Assembly: GCA_964106915.2 (NCBI GenBank)
Contig: OZ066920.1
From: Podarcis gaigeae
Taxonomy: Eukaryota
Strand: one strand, 5' to 3'
Length of the DNA stretch: 64,000 bases
Positions 52,681-63,875 of the stretch are shown piece by piece. The notes under the pieces are model-generated. The model did no database searches, was not told the DNA's origin, and saw nothing but the letters and a program-made list of their open reading frames with translations. Every line of letters begins with the position of its first letter. Positions within the stretch are counted from its first letter, which is position 1. The position numbers and the translations under genes were made by a program.

Positions 52681-55092
52681 CTGTTCGCAGCTCTGCCCTT
52701 CCTTATTGATATTTGAATCATTTGCAGTAAACAGAGGTCCAGAGATTTGAGAAGCCTGATGTCCTGTCAGTGTGTTTGTACAGGTTTCAATGGGGAAAAA
52801 AATCTGACTTTTCCGAGAGCCCGAAGTCAGTGAAAACTCATGGCAATAAGTCTGAAGAAATGCCCTGACTCCATCAATGCCTACAAACTGTGAAACAGGA
52901 ACCCCATTTAAATTTGCACTTCCAGTGTCACACAACTGAGAATGTCTCCACTTGCGAAGCCTTAGTACCAATAATACGAGGAGGAAAGTGAAGAACAAGC
53001 AGGAGACAAAAGCCACGGCAGTCACCAGGTAGAAGGTGAGGTCAGACTCAAGACTGATAGGAGCTGAGATGGTGCCCAAATCAGTCAGCATGTCAGGGAT
53101 GTTGTCAGCCAAGACCACAGTGACAGTGACTGAAGCCGACATTGGAGGCTGCCCATTGTCCTTGACTAAAACCACCAGGCTTTGCTTGAGGGCATCTTTC
53201 TCCAGAAAGAAGCGGGCTGTCTTGATCTCTCCCGTGTGGAGCCCCAGAATGAAGAGCCCTGGCTCGGTGGCCTTGATCAGCTGGTAGGAGAGCCAGGCAT
53301 TCTGGCCAGAGTCCGCATCCACGGCCACCACCTTAGTGACCAAGTAGCCTGGCTCAGAGGAGCGAGGGGCCAGCTCTATCCCCGTGGAGCCGTCAGTGGG
53401 AGAGGAGGGGTACAGGATTTGGGGAGCATTGTCATTCTGGTCCAGGATGAAGAGAGTCACTGAGACGTTGGAGCTGAGTGGTGGAGAGCCTCCGTCCTGG
53501 GCCTTGACCACAAACTTAATCTCTTGGATCTCTTCATAATCAAAGGATCGTAGGGCATAGATTACTCCAGTCTCAGAGTTTATAGAAAGGCAGGAGGAGA
53601 AGTAGGAATAACTCATCTCACCTTCAGTGATTGAATAAGTTATTTTGCCATTCATCTCCCAGTCAGGATCAGTTGCTTTTAGTGTTAAAAGAGAGGATCC
53701 AGCTGAAGTATTTTCTGTAATTGAAGTAACATAGGACCTCTTTTTAAAGGTGGGTGGATTATCATTTTTATCTAATATTTTCAGCTGAATAATGGTGGTT
53801 GTGGAGAGAGGAGGATTTCCTTTATCTGTTGCAATAACTGTAACATTGTAATTAGATACATCTTCTCGGTCCAGGGTTCCGCTAGTCACTAAACTGTAAT
53901 AATTATCAAATGTTTTCTCTAAATGAAATGGCGGGTTGCCAAAGATGGAGCATGTAACCAGCCCATTGTCTTCTGAATCCCTGTCTATTACTTTTAACAG
54001 TGCAATTACAGTTCCTTCTGGGCAGTCTTCACTCACAGCATTAGTAAGAGATGTGACTGCAATTTCTGGTGCATTATCATTTACATCGGTAATAGCCAAC
54101 AAAATATTTGCTCGACCTGATAACCCTCTTCCATCACGAGCTTGAACCTCCATTTCATACAAAGCACACTCTTCAAAATCTATCTCCTGCTTCACCCTTA
54201 CTTCTCCAGTTTTTGGATCCAAATGAAAACTGTTTGAAGCCTTTTCTGATACCTGCCTGAATGCATATGTTATCTCTGAATTAATGCCTTCATCCAGATC
54301 AGTAGCATTGACTGTTACAAGCAGGGAATTAACAGGAATGTTTTCTGCAGTGGTCACTTTGTAAACAGATTCTGAAAAAACTGGTGCATTGTCATTTGCA
54401 TCTTCAACGGAAACTTTGATGTGTGCGGTTCCAGATTTGACAGGATTCCCCCCATCACTGGCTGTAAGGATTAAGTCATGGAAAGCTTCTACTTCTCGAT
54501 CCATAGAACTTTCCAGTACTAACTCAGCATATTTGGCTCCACTTGCTGTCATTTGCACATCAAGAAAGAAGTGTCTGTTAGGGCTGATTTGATAGCTCTG
54601 TAAAGAGTTCACTCCTAAGTCTGGGTCTTGTGCATCTGGAAGAAGAAATCGAGATCCCACAGCTGTATTTTCTCGGATATTTAGCTGCAATGTCTCCACT
54701 TGGAATGCCGGTGCATTGTCATTGATATCTTCAATTTCAATTTCTACTGTATAGACTTTTAGCTGCTCCTGAATAAGAATCTCCAACTTCAAAATACAAG
54801 TTAACAGACGTCCACATATCTCTTCTCTATCTAGTCTTTCATTAATATATAAATGACCATTTTGGAAATTGAGGGCAAAATATTGTGTCCTACCTTCTGT
54901 AATAATCCGGACACCACCAGGCAAGAGTTGCTTCATATCCAATCCCAGATCCTGTGAGAGATCCCCAACAAAAGAACCTTCCTGCAGTTCCTCAGGAACT
55001 GAATAATGGATCTGTCCAGTAACTGCCTGAAAAACAGCTAGCAGCACAAGGCAGGATGTCTGTCTCCTTCTATCCAAGAGTATACAAGCCAT
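52681..55092 (-). CDS. PCDHGA: Protocadherin gamma-A-like variable exon (exon 8)
   Basis: Intact SP-EC1-6-TM-VCD; donor CAG|GTATGT at 52681/52680. Confidence 0.95.
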
Positions 55093-55302
55093 TTCAGCCT
55101 ATGCCAGGTCCTATCAGTCCACAGATAACAGGCACCAAACTAGGCTCTCTTAACAGACTAATGTGCCTATTTAAGACTTCCTTTTATTTTCCATCAAACA
55201 AGATCCTCCTTTTTCTATTAGGTCAGAAATTATAATAAACCTTTTGTGTTTTTGCATCTCGGTGGTCTAGCTGGTTCAATCCAGTTTCTCTCCTTACTGG
55301 TG

Positions 55303-55337
55303 AACAGTGACACCCAATGGATCAGTCAGTAAATGCA
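55303..55337 (-). promoter_or_regulatory. Pcdh CSE / CTCF site (CACT core)
   Basis: Minus strand TGCATTTACTGACTGATCCATTGGGTGTCACTGTT, 211 bp upstream of ATG. Confidence 0.82.
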
Positions 55338-55733
55338 GTGTTTTAAAAAACTGAAAAATAACATTTCATTCCTTTTTATTTAATAATAGGTATAAAAACA
55401 AACTTCCATTAACATACTGCACCCTGTCTAGAAAGCTCAATGGAGATAACACAGTGTACCTCCTCATCAACAGGATTGTGTCAAAAGTAATCAGTGACTA
55501 TTGATCTAATGACAATTTCCATCTTAGATATATATTTAATCAACTTAATTCAAAGTACAATCACATAGTTTTTTTTTTTAAGTGTCTTCTCCCAATGTGG
55601 GAGTAGGGTTGCTGGAATGAGGGAGGGAAGTCGTGTGTGTGTTCGGAGATGTGGGCTCAGATTTTTTGCTACATAGCCTTGCCTACGCCTTTACTCAGAG
55701 GTAAACTGCTGGTGAATATTTAGTGTGTAGAGT

Positions 55734-55993
55734 GGACAGATCCTGAAGCTTAGGCTCCAATACTTTGGCCACCTCATGAGATTCCCTGGAAAAGACCCTG
55801 ATGTTGGGAAAGATGGAGGGCACAAGGAGAAGGGGACAACGGAGGACGAGATGGTTGGACAGTGTTCTCGAAGCTACCAGCATGAGTTTGACCAAATTGC
55901 GATAGGCAGTGGAAGACAGGAATGCCTGGCGTGCTCTGGTCCAGGGGGTCACGAAGAGACGGACACGACTAAACGACCAAACAACAACAACAA
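55734..55993 (+). mobile_element. RTE-BovB LINE 3' end
   Basis: ILKLRLQYFGHLMR, LEKTLMLGKMEG.RRRG..RTRWLD, EDRNAWRALV.GVTKRRTRLND and (CAA)n tail. Confidence 0.92.
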
Positions 55994-56599
55994 GGGTGGT
56001 AGAAGACAACAGTAATTTAGTAGTGAGGGAAAAGCACTCTGCACCTGCTCAGACATGCTTTTCTTCCCATATTACAGGTTCAGGTCTGCTATTGAAGACA
56101 GATTCTTAGACTACCTTCTGGAGAGTCCTTACACAAATTAAGTCAGGGAAGACAGAGGCAAGAATAGTTTGCCTTAGAAAGAAAGAGGGAGTTACTGGAG
56201 GAGGGAAAATGAAGAATGGCCAGTGAGTTGTGCTGATATTGGACTAGTCCTTTATTATTATGCTTTGCTTCTCCTTCTTTGTAAAATGGGGCCTCTAGCC
56301 TCTTTGACAGTCCTGTTACTGAAGGAGGGCTTATAAAATTGACAATCAATTAAACATGCTGCATGTACTGTAGGTGTGCTATGTGTATTTGACGGTCATA
56401 AGTTATCTTATTTGGAACCACTTGCTTGCATACACTTTTAGTTTTTTCTTTTGTTTTGTAACACTTTTGAATCTGAATTTTGTTGGGCCACCTTTGCCCT
56501 CTGGGTCATTGTGCTCGACTAGCCCCATCCACTCATGCACAACAATGCGTTGAATGCTATATTGTCTACAACTTTGTGAGGTCAGTTTCAGCTTCTGCA

Positions 56600-57020
56600 G
56601 CCTGAAGACATGGACAGGGTGCTTGCAGGGATACCCTCTCAATCCCTGCCCATCTTGGCTGTTGAAATTGAGCCTGGGGGTTGACTGGATGGGTCCAAGC
56701 GGCAAAGGTCTTTATTTTTATTTTTGCATGAAGGAGTGGCACTTGCTGACTTAAAGAAGTTGGTATGGGCACTACTGAAAAAGCCAGCCCTGGGCAAATT
56801 GGCTTGCAGCAACTATTACCAAGTCACAAGTAGCTTCATTCGGGGGAAGGTGATTGAAAGAGTTGTGGTGGAACAACTGCAACATGAGAATGATTTTCTG
56901 GATCCATTCCTGTCTGGTTGATGCCTGAGTTCAGGACTGAATAAGCCTTGGTCTCTCTGACGGATGACAATCCTTGATTCTTTTGCTTGATATCTCAGCA
57001 GCTTTCAGTACCATTGATAA
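56600..57020 (+). mobile_element. Degraded L2 RT fragment
   Basis: LNPCPSWLLK, LLKKP.L, GKVIERVV.EQLQ, DFLDPFLSG, LLDISAAFSTID. Confidence 0.8.
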
Positions 57021-57286
57021 AGTGCACCAGTGAAGACATCTTGGACCCTGTCCCCTCTCTGGTGTGTGCAAGCAATGTGCAAATGTGACTTGAAATGTAG
57101 CTAGGAAAATCTACCTCGCTGTGTTTTAAGCTGCTAGTGTTTACATAGCCTTAGTGTACACCAACAGAAAGGCATGGCAAACAAGGATGGTATAAAATTC
57201 ACTAGCTCCCAGGTGATTAGCAATCTGCCCTTCCCTCCCTCAGTGTCCTTTCTACCCAAGCACAGGCATCTCATCTTAAGAATCAT

Positions 57287-57532
57287 AGCCAGTGTGGTGT
57301 AGTGGTTAAGAGTGGTGGACTTGTAATCTGGTGAACCGGGTTCGCATTCCCACTCCTCCACCTGCAGCTGCTGGGTGACCTTGGGCTAGTCACACTTCTC
57401 TGACGTCTCTCAGCCTCACTCACCTCACAGAGTGTTTGTTGTGGGGGAGGAAGGGAAAGGAGATTGTTAGCTGCTTTGAGACTCCTTAGGGTAGTGATAA
57501 AGTGGGATATCAAATCCAAACTCTTCTTCTTC
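57287..57532 (+). mobile_element. tRNA-derived SINE with L2-type tail (Squam3-like)
   Basis: A box TGGTGTAGTGG, B box GGTTCGCATTCC, core gggtgaccttgggctagtcac, (CTT)n tail. Confidence 0.85.
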
Positions 57533-58788
57533 ATAGTGGGAAAGAAACCATTTTTATATTGTGTTGCATTGCTGTCAAATGGCTAGTGGAGTGCAAGTAG
57601 ATTCAGGTTTGGTGGTCAGTCTCAGCTTCAGGTTTTGGAGGGCCCTTGGGCAGGACCTTGCTCAGTAAGCCCACCTGCTCCCCACTCCCATAATCACCAG
57701 GTACTACGGCTTTCCCCCAAGCCGGAAAGGACAGGATAGCCTTCTGGTCATTGCCTGGTCTGACCTGACCTAAGGTACAACCACCTACTAACTAAACCCA
57801 GTTCACTAATATATGGAAACTTCTGTTTTCAATTCTGGTGCCTCAATTGTGGTCCAGCAGAGTTTTTGTAATGACAGTAGAAAAGAAGTGTTCCAAAAGT
57901 AGGGAAGGCAAGAAGTTAAGGAAATGCCAGCAGAGAACTGAAACCAAGGATTGATCAGTTGTAGCCAGAGTTGTTGAATGTTAAGGAAAGTTACTTTGTT
58001 TGCAGCAGCAATTATTTCAGTTGTCTGCTCCATATATCTAAAACCATCTGTCACCAGAGATTTCAAAACAATTTAGAAAAATTAGAACAAGTAGAACAAT
58101 AATATACACTCAGCTCTTGCTTCCTCCAGCCGTGTTCAATGACCAGAGGGAGAGAAGTGGCAGCTGCACCTTTTCCTCCCTCCTATCTCTGCTCATTGAC
58201 TCAGAGACAGCATCCGAACAAGCAAGGAGAAGCATCTGGAATCGGAGACCTCAGGGATTGCTCGTAGGCCCATTGCTGTGGCCCAATAATGCCAGTTCCC
58301 AATGCCAGCTTGACTTAGGATAGTTCAAGCAGCTACTTGCCAAGAGCAATGAACCTCTCCCTGGTGATATAGATAAATCCAACCCAGTAACGAACCAAAA
58401 TGACATCTGTTAAGGAAATACTTTAATAGGTCCTCTTGTCTGCAAGTATTTGTTCCTTTATGCCCATTTCTTTCCCATTACTTGCCACTAAAAAATTCAG
58501 CCATGGTCCCTAGACAGCAAATAAAGTGCAAAGAAAGCGGGGGGGGGAGGGGCGAAGGGGGGCGAAATGCCACTCACTTTCTGAATTTATGAAGTGCAAA
58601 TCAACTAATGTTTGGTGGGATATTACTGAAAATACATGGGTAAACACTTGTAAAATAAATACAAATCCACTTTGCACAATTCCTAGCTCAGTGCCCAATG
58701 AGCTCTGCAGACTGTATCACATTCAACTTGTTTCTGCTTTGTACATTGTAAAATGTGAGCAATCTTAATTTTAGAAAATGAAACTCAC

Positions 58789-61302
58789 CTGCTCAGAGTT
58801 TTGTCGTACTGTATCAGTGCTTGGATCTTCCATAGTTAACAAAGGACCTAAATTATCGGCAGCTGGATGAGATGAGAGAATATCTGTACAACTTCCAATT
58901 GGAAAAACAATTTTATTGTTTTGGGAGTAGGTAGTTAGTGAGCCATCAGGGCAGTAAGACTGAAGAAAAGCCCGGACACCATCAATGCCCACAAACTGTG
59001 AAACAGGTACTCCATTGAAATTTCCCAATCCTGAGTCACACAATTGTGAGTTTCTCCACCTATAAAGTCTAAAAGCTAGTAACAAAAGCAGAAAGGTGAA
59101 GAACAAGCAGGAGACAGCAGCTACTGCAGTCACCAGGTACGAAGTGAGCTCACCATCAGATTGTGGGTCTTCAGATACTGAGATGCTGCTCAGGTCTGAG
59201 AGGATTGCAGGGATGGTGTCAGCCAGCACCACGGTCAGAGTGGCTGAAGCAGAGAGAGGTGGCTGCCCATTGTCCTTCACTAAAACTACCAGGCTTTGCT
59301 TGAGGGCATCTTTCTCCAGAAAGAAGCGGGCCGTCCTGATCTCTCCCGTGTGGAGCCCCAGAGTGAAGAGCCCTGGCTCGGTGGCCTTGATCAGCTGGTA
59401 GGAGAGCCAGGCATTCTGGCCAGAGTCCGCATCCACGGCCACCACCTTAGTGACCAGGTAGCCTGGCTCAGAGGAGCGAGGGGCCAGCTCTATCCCCGTG
59501 GAGCCATCAGTGGGAGGGGAGGGATACAGGATTTGGGGAGCATTGTCGTTCTGGTCCAGGATGAAGAGAGTCACTGAGACATTGGAGCTGAGTGGTGGAG
59601 AACCTCCGTCCTGAGCCTTGACCAGGAACTTAATCTCCCTGATCTCTTCATAATCAAAGGAGTATAGGGCATAGATTGCTCCAGTTTCAGAGTTAATTGA
59701 GAGGTAGGTAGGAAGGAAGGAATTTTTGACTTTAGTCTCATGCTCACTTATCTGAGAGTAAGTCCCATTGAGCTCATTGGAATTCACTTCTGAGTAGGCT
59801 TTCTTAGCATTGGGCTGCACAATTTCTCTTTCAATGATAGAGTAAATAATTCTGCCATTTTCCTCACAATCAGAGTCATGTGCCTTCAAAATAGTAATGA
59901 ATTCACTTCTGTGGTTATTTTCCTCAAGATAAAAAGTGAATGCTGTATTTTTAAAGGTGGGTGGGTTGTCATTTTCATCTAATATTTCTAGTGGGAAGTA
60001 AGCAGTTGTTGAGAGAGAAGGAATCCCGTGGTCACTTGCTATTATTGTGATGTTATATTCTGAGACCCTCTCCCTGTCAAGGACACTTGCAATCTCCAAG
60101 TTGTAATAGTTGTCAAATGCTTTCTTCAACAGAAACGGAAGTCCTGCTGGTATAGAACATGAGACCTCTCCATTTTCCCCATCATCTCTGTCATTTATAT
60201 TTATAAGACCTATTACAGTTCCTGGAGGAGAACTTTCTTCAACCTTGCTGAAAAGTGGTGTAATTGCAATCTCTGGTGGATTGTCATTCGCATCCATGAC
60301 TCTTATGACTACTCTAGCGCGAGTAGACAAGCCAGCCCCATCTTGTGCTTGGACCTCCATTTCATGTGCTATAGATTCTTCAAAGTCAATATTCCCAATG
60401 ACTGATATCTGCCCTGTTGCGGAATCCAAGTGGAATATTTTGGAAGCTTTGTCTGAAATTTTTCTGAATGAATACATTACCTTTGAGTTTATTCCCTCAT
60501 CAAGGTCAGTTGCATTCAGAATTAACACGTGTGACCCTTTAAGCATGTTTTCCATAACGTCCACTTCATACAGAGACTTACTGAAAATAGGAGCATTGTC
60601 ATTTACATCTGCAACAGAAACACGGATTTGCACCGAACCAGACCTGGCCGGTTCTCCTTTGTCAGCAGCAGTGAGAATTAGTTGGTGCACTTTCTGTTCT
60701 TCTCGATCTAACAGCTTTTCAAGGACTAGTTCTGCGTATTTGATCCCATCAACTCCAGTTTGTACATCCAAGGAAAAGTGTCTGTTGCTACTGAGATGGT
60801 AGCTCTGGAGAGAATTCATCCCTAGATCTGGATCCTGAGCCCCTGGTAAAAGAAACCTTGCCCCAAGACCTAAGTTTTCAGCAATTGTTAATTCAAACTC
60901 TTCTACGGGGAAGCTGGGTGAGTTGTCATTAATATCAGTTATTTCAACTTTAGCCATAAAAAACTTCACTTTATCCTTCACAAGAATCTCAAAATTTAGC
61001 AGACATTTTTCTACCTGGTGGCAAATCTGCTCCCTGTCAATTACTTCCTTGATGAACAAATGTCCATTTCTCAAATCAAGTGAAAAATATTGCTTCATAC
61101 CTCTGGAAATTATCCTGGTGTCTCCACTTGATAACTCCTTTACGCTCAGTCCAAGATCCTTTGCAATATCTCCTACAAAAGAACCTCTCTCCATTTCCTC
61201 AGGAATCAAATAATTTATTTGCCCAGAAGCTGCCTCCCAGACCATCGCCAGCACAAAGCAAAGCACACTATTCTTTTGATAGCATAGAATCCTTCCAGCC
61301 AT
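58789..61302 (-). CDS. PCDHGA: Protocadherin gamma-A-like variable exon (exon 9) with 31-aa EC5 insertion
   Basis: Intact SP-EC1-6-TM-VCD, about 30 aa longer than paralogs; donor CAG|GTGAGT at 58789/58788. Confidence 0.95.
59728..59817. mobile_element. 90-bp palindromic MITE inserted in frame in EC5 of exon 9
   Basis: Central hairpin AGTAAGTCCCATTGAG|CTCATTGGAATTCACT (12/16 pairs); colinear similarity to 46643-46724 and 20495-20566; absent from the eight paralogs. Confidence 0.8.
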
Positions 61303-61483
61303 TTCCAGGTAGACTGTCAGATTGTTGTGCCCTTATTGTCCAGTTTGGACCTTACAAAGGTTCCAAAGGCTCCCTAGATATTTCCTCCTGCAAATCCAGA
61401 CTTGCTGAACGCAAATGTGAGCTTTGTGTATTGTTTGAGGAATGAGAGCAGAACAGGGATTTGTAGTTTTTGGCTTATGAGCA

Positions 61484-61518
61484 AACAGCGACACTTAGAG
61501 GTTCAATGAATAATTACA
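61484..61518 (-). promoter_or_regulatory. Pcdh CSE / CTCF site (CGCT core)
   Basis: Minus strand TGTAATTATTCATTGAACCTCTAAGTGTCGCTGTT, 182 bp upstream of ATG. Confidence 0.82.
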
Positions 61519-61749
61519 CCAGTTTTAGTCCTTCCTCAGTGTTTTCAGGAGGCGGGGGAGAGAGACTTCAAGCAAAACCCAATTAATTTTAGATAATAGT
61601 CTATTATTCCTAAGGAACATCAAATAGCAACTAGTCATGTCTACCAATTTGCTTTACAATTTTTAAGTCAACCTATGGAAAGATGCTGTTATGTTAATTG
61701 TTCTGATCTATCTCCCAAATTCATGCCTATGATGCTCAAGGTTTTCTTA

Positions 61750-61820
61750 CATCTGATGAACTGGGCCACAAAACTGTTGTTTCTTTCTGCAACAAGCTAA
61801 GATGACTAGCCCTCTGAATA
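61750..61820 (+). mobile_element. Possible old Penelope-like terminal remnant
   Basis: atctgatgaa...gccacaaaactgttgtttctttctgcaacaagctaagatgactagccctctg loosely parallels the PLE end at 15470-15530. Confidence 0.35.
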
Positions 61821-61850
61821 TGTTTCCCTATTGTTCCTATTTTTCATCAG

Positions 61851-61910
61851 TAATAATAATAATAATAATTTTATTATTTATACCCCACTGATCTAGCTAG
61901 CTTGCCCCAA
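61851..61910 (-). repeat. (AAT)n plus decayed L2 tail
   Basis: (AAT)n...tttataccccactgatctagctagcttgcccca resembles the L2 3' end seen at 47920 and 48410. Confidence 0.55.
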
Positions 61911-62240
61911 AAAATAAACACTGAGCATGCAATAAATACATATATAATACTGGGGGAAAGCAAGTGAGAGGGGACATATTTTGAACTATGTAAACAATCT
62001 TTTTTAATTTTCTACTTTCATTATCAGTAGTAGAAGGGGAGTATGTTTAGTAAAACAGTGAATTTTTAAGTGTTGTACAATGCATGAATGCAGTGACTAC
62101 ATTATTACATGAGCACTGTTCCACATTCATTCGAAATAAGATGGGTTTATGAAGCATTCTATATCCACCCACCACGCTGATGAAGAATTCTACGAAACAG
62201 TAGTCAATATCTGGAATTACTGTTCAGTATTGGACATCAT

Positions 62241-62591
62241 AGGGACACAGGTGGCGCTGTGGGTTAAACCACAGAGCCTAGGACTTGCTGATCAGAAGGT
62301 CGGCGGTTCGAATCCCCGCGATGAGGTGAGGTCCCGTTGCTCGGTCCCTGCTCCTGCCACCCTAGCAGTTCTAAAGCACGTCAAGTGCAAGTAGATAAAT
62401 AGGTACCACTCCGGCGGGAAGGTAAACGGCGTTTCCGTGAGCTGCTCCGGTTCACCAAAAGCGGCTTAGTCATGTTGGCCACATGACCCGGAAGCTGTAC
62501 GCCGGCTCCCTTGGCAATAAAGCAAGATGAGCGCCGCAACCCCAGAGTTGGCCATGACTGGACCTAATGGTCAGGGGTCACTTTAGCTTTT
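62241..62591 (+). mobile_element. Sauria SINE, full length
   Basis: A box TGGCGCTGTGG, B box GGTTCGAATCC, diagnostic gtgcaagtagataaataggtacc core, cttta tail; 13-bp TSD TATTGGACATCAT / TATTGGAGATCAT. Confidence 0.93.
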
Positions 62592-62737
62592 TATTGGAGA
62601 TCATTGTTGAATACACAAAGCTTCACAGTTTGTCTTCCACCATACAAAGTTTGGTACCTCGCTTTATTTAAAGATTTTCAGAGACTTTGAGACTAAAGAT
62701 TTCATTTTGAACTTTTTATGATTTGAAGGAATAGTCA

Positions 62738-63820
62738 AGAAATGCGGTCTTGACTATGCTACCACTCAGTGGATTTGTAACTGGCTGACTGACCGAACCC
62801 AAAGGGTGCTCATCAATGGTTCCTCTTCATCCTGGAGAAGAGTGACTAGTGGGGTGCCACAGGGTTCTGTCTTGGGCCCGGTCTTATTCAACATCTTTAT
62901 CAACGACTTGGATGATGGACTCAAGGGCATCCTGATCAAATTTGCAGATGACACCAAACTGGGAGGGGTGGCTAACACCCCAGAGGACAGGATCACACTT
63001 CAAAACGATCTTGACAGATTAGAGAACTGGGCCAAAACAAACAAGATGAATTTTAACAGGGAAAAATGTAAAGTATTGCACTTGGGCAAAAAAAATGAGA
63101 GGCACAAATACAAGATGGGTGACACCTGGCTTGAGAGCAGTACATGTGAAAAGGATCTAGGAGTCTTGGTTGACCACAAACTTGACATGACAACAGTGTG
63201 ATGCGGCAGCTAAAAAAGCCAATGCAATTCTGGGCTGCATCAATAGGAGTATAGCATCTAGATCAAGGGAAATAATAGTGCCACTGTATTCTGCTCTGGT
63301 CAGACCTCACCTGGAGTACTGTGTCCAATTCTGGGCACCACAGTTCAAGAAGGACACTGACAAACTGGGACGTGTCCAGAGGAGGGCAACCAAAATGGTC
63401 AAAGGCCTGGAAACGATGCCTTATGAGGAACGGCTAAGGGAGCTGGGCATGTTTAGCCTGGAGAAGAGGAGGTTAAGGGGTGATATGATAGCCATGTTCA
63501 AATATATAAAAGGATGTCACATAGAGGAGGGAGAAAGGTTGTTTTCTGCTGCTCCAGAGAAGCGGACACGGAGCAATGGATCCAAACTACAAGAAAGAAG
63601 ATTCCACCTAAACATTAGGAAGAACTTCCTGACAGTAAGAGCTGTTTGACAGTGGAATTTGCTGCCAAGGAGTGTGGTGGAGTCTCCTTCTTTGGAGGTC
63701 TTTAAGCAGAGGCTTGACAACCATATGTCAGGAGTGCTCTGATGGTGTTTCCTGCTTGGCAGGGGGTTGGACTCGATGGCCCTTGTGGTCTCTTCCAACT
63801 CTATGATTCTATGATTCTAT
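62738..63820 (+). mobile_element. Young 5'-truncated CR1 LINE (RT C-terminal half, disrupted)
   Basis: [41 protein letters not shown]; frameshift near 63190, CGA>TGA stop at 63647; (ATTCTATG)n tail. Confidence 0.95.
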
Positions 63821-63875
63821 AAAGATTGTCTGTTACATATGTATATGGTCATAGTGTTGCCTAGACATTGTTCCA

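Noticed and set aside
59707-59835. EC5 insertion as an internal tandem duplication (repeated YS motifs)
   Set aside because: Protein periodicity is weak; the DNA palindrome, exact 90+3 bp length and similarity to non-coding copies favour a MITE origin.
5778-60802. Recurring plus-strand ORFs over the exons (e.g. 5778-6029, 23656-23907, 59096-59401, 60110-60802)
   Set aside because: Antisense shadows of cadherin codons; they recur only because the underlying coding DNA is homogenised.
62177-62206. Hammerhead-like CTGATGA-AGAATTCTAC-GAAAC-AGTA-GTC
   Set aside because: Core boxes are present but helix II is weak and no helix I pairing is evident; chance or a dead PLE remnant.
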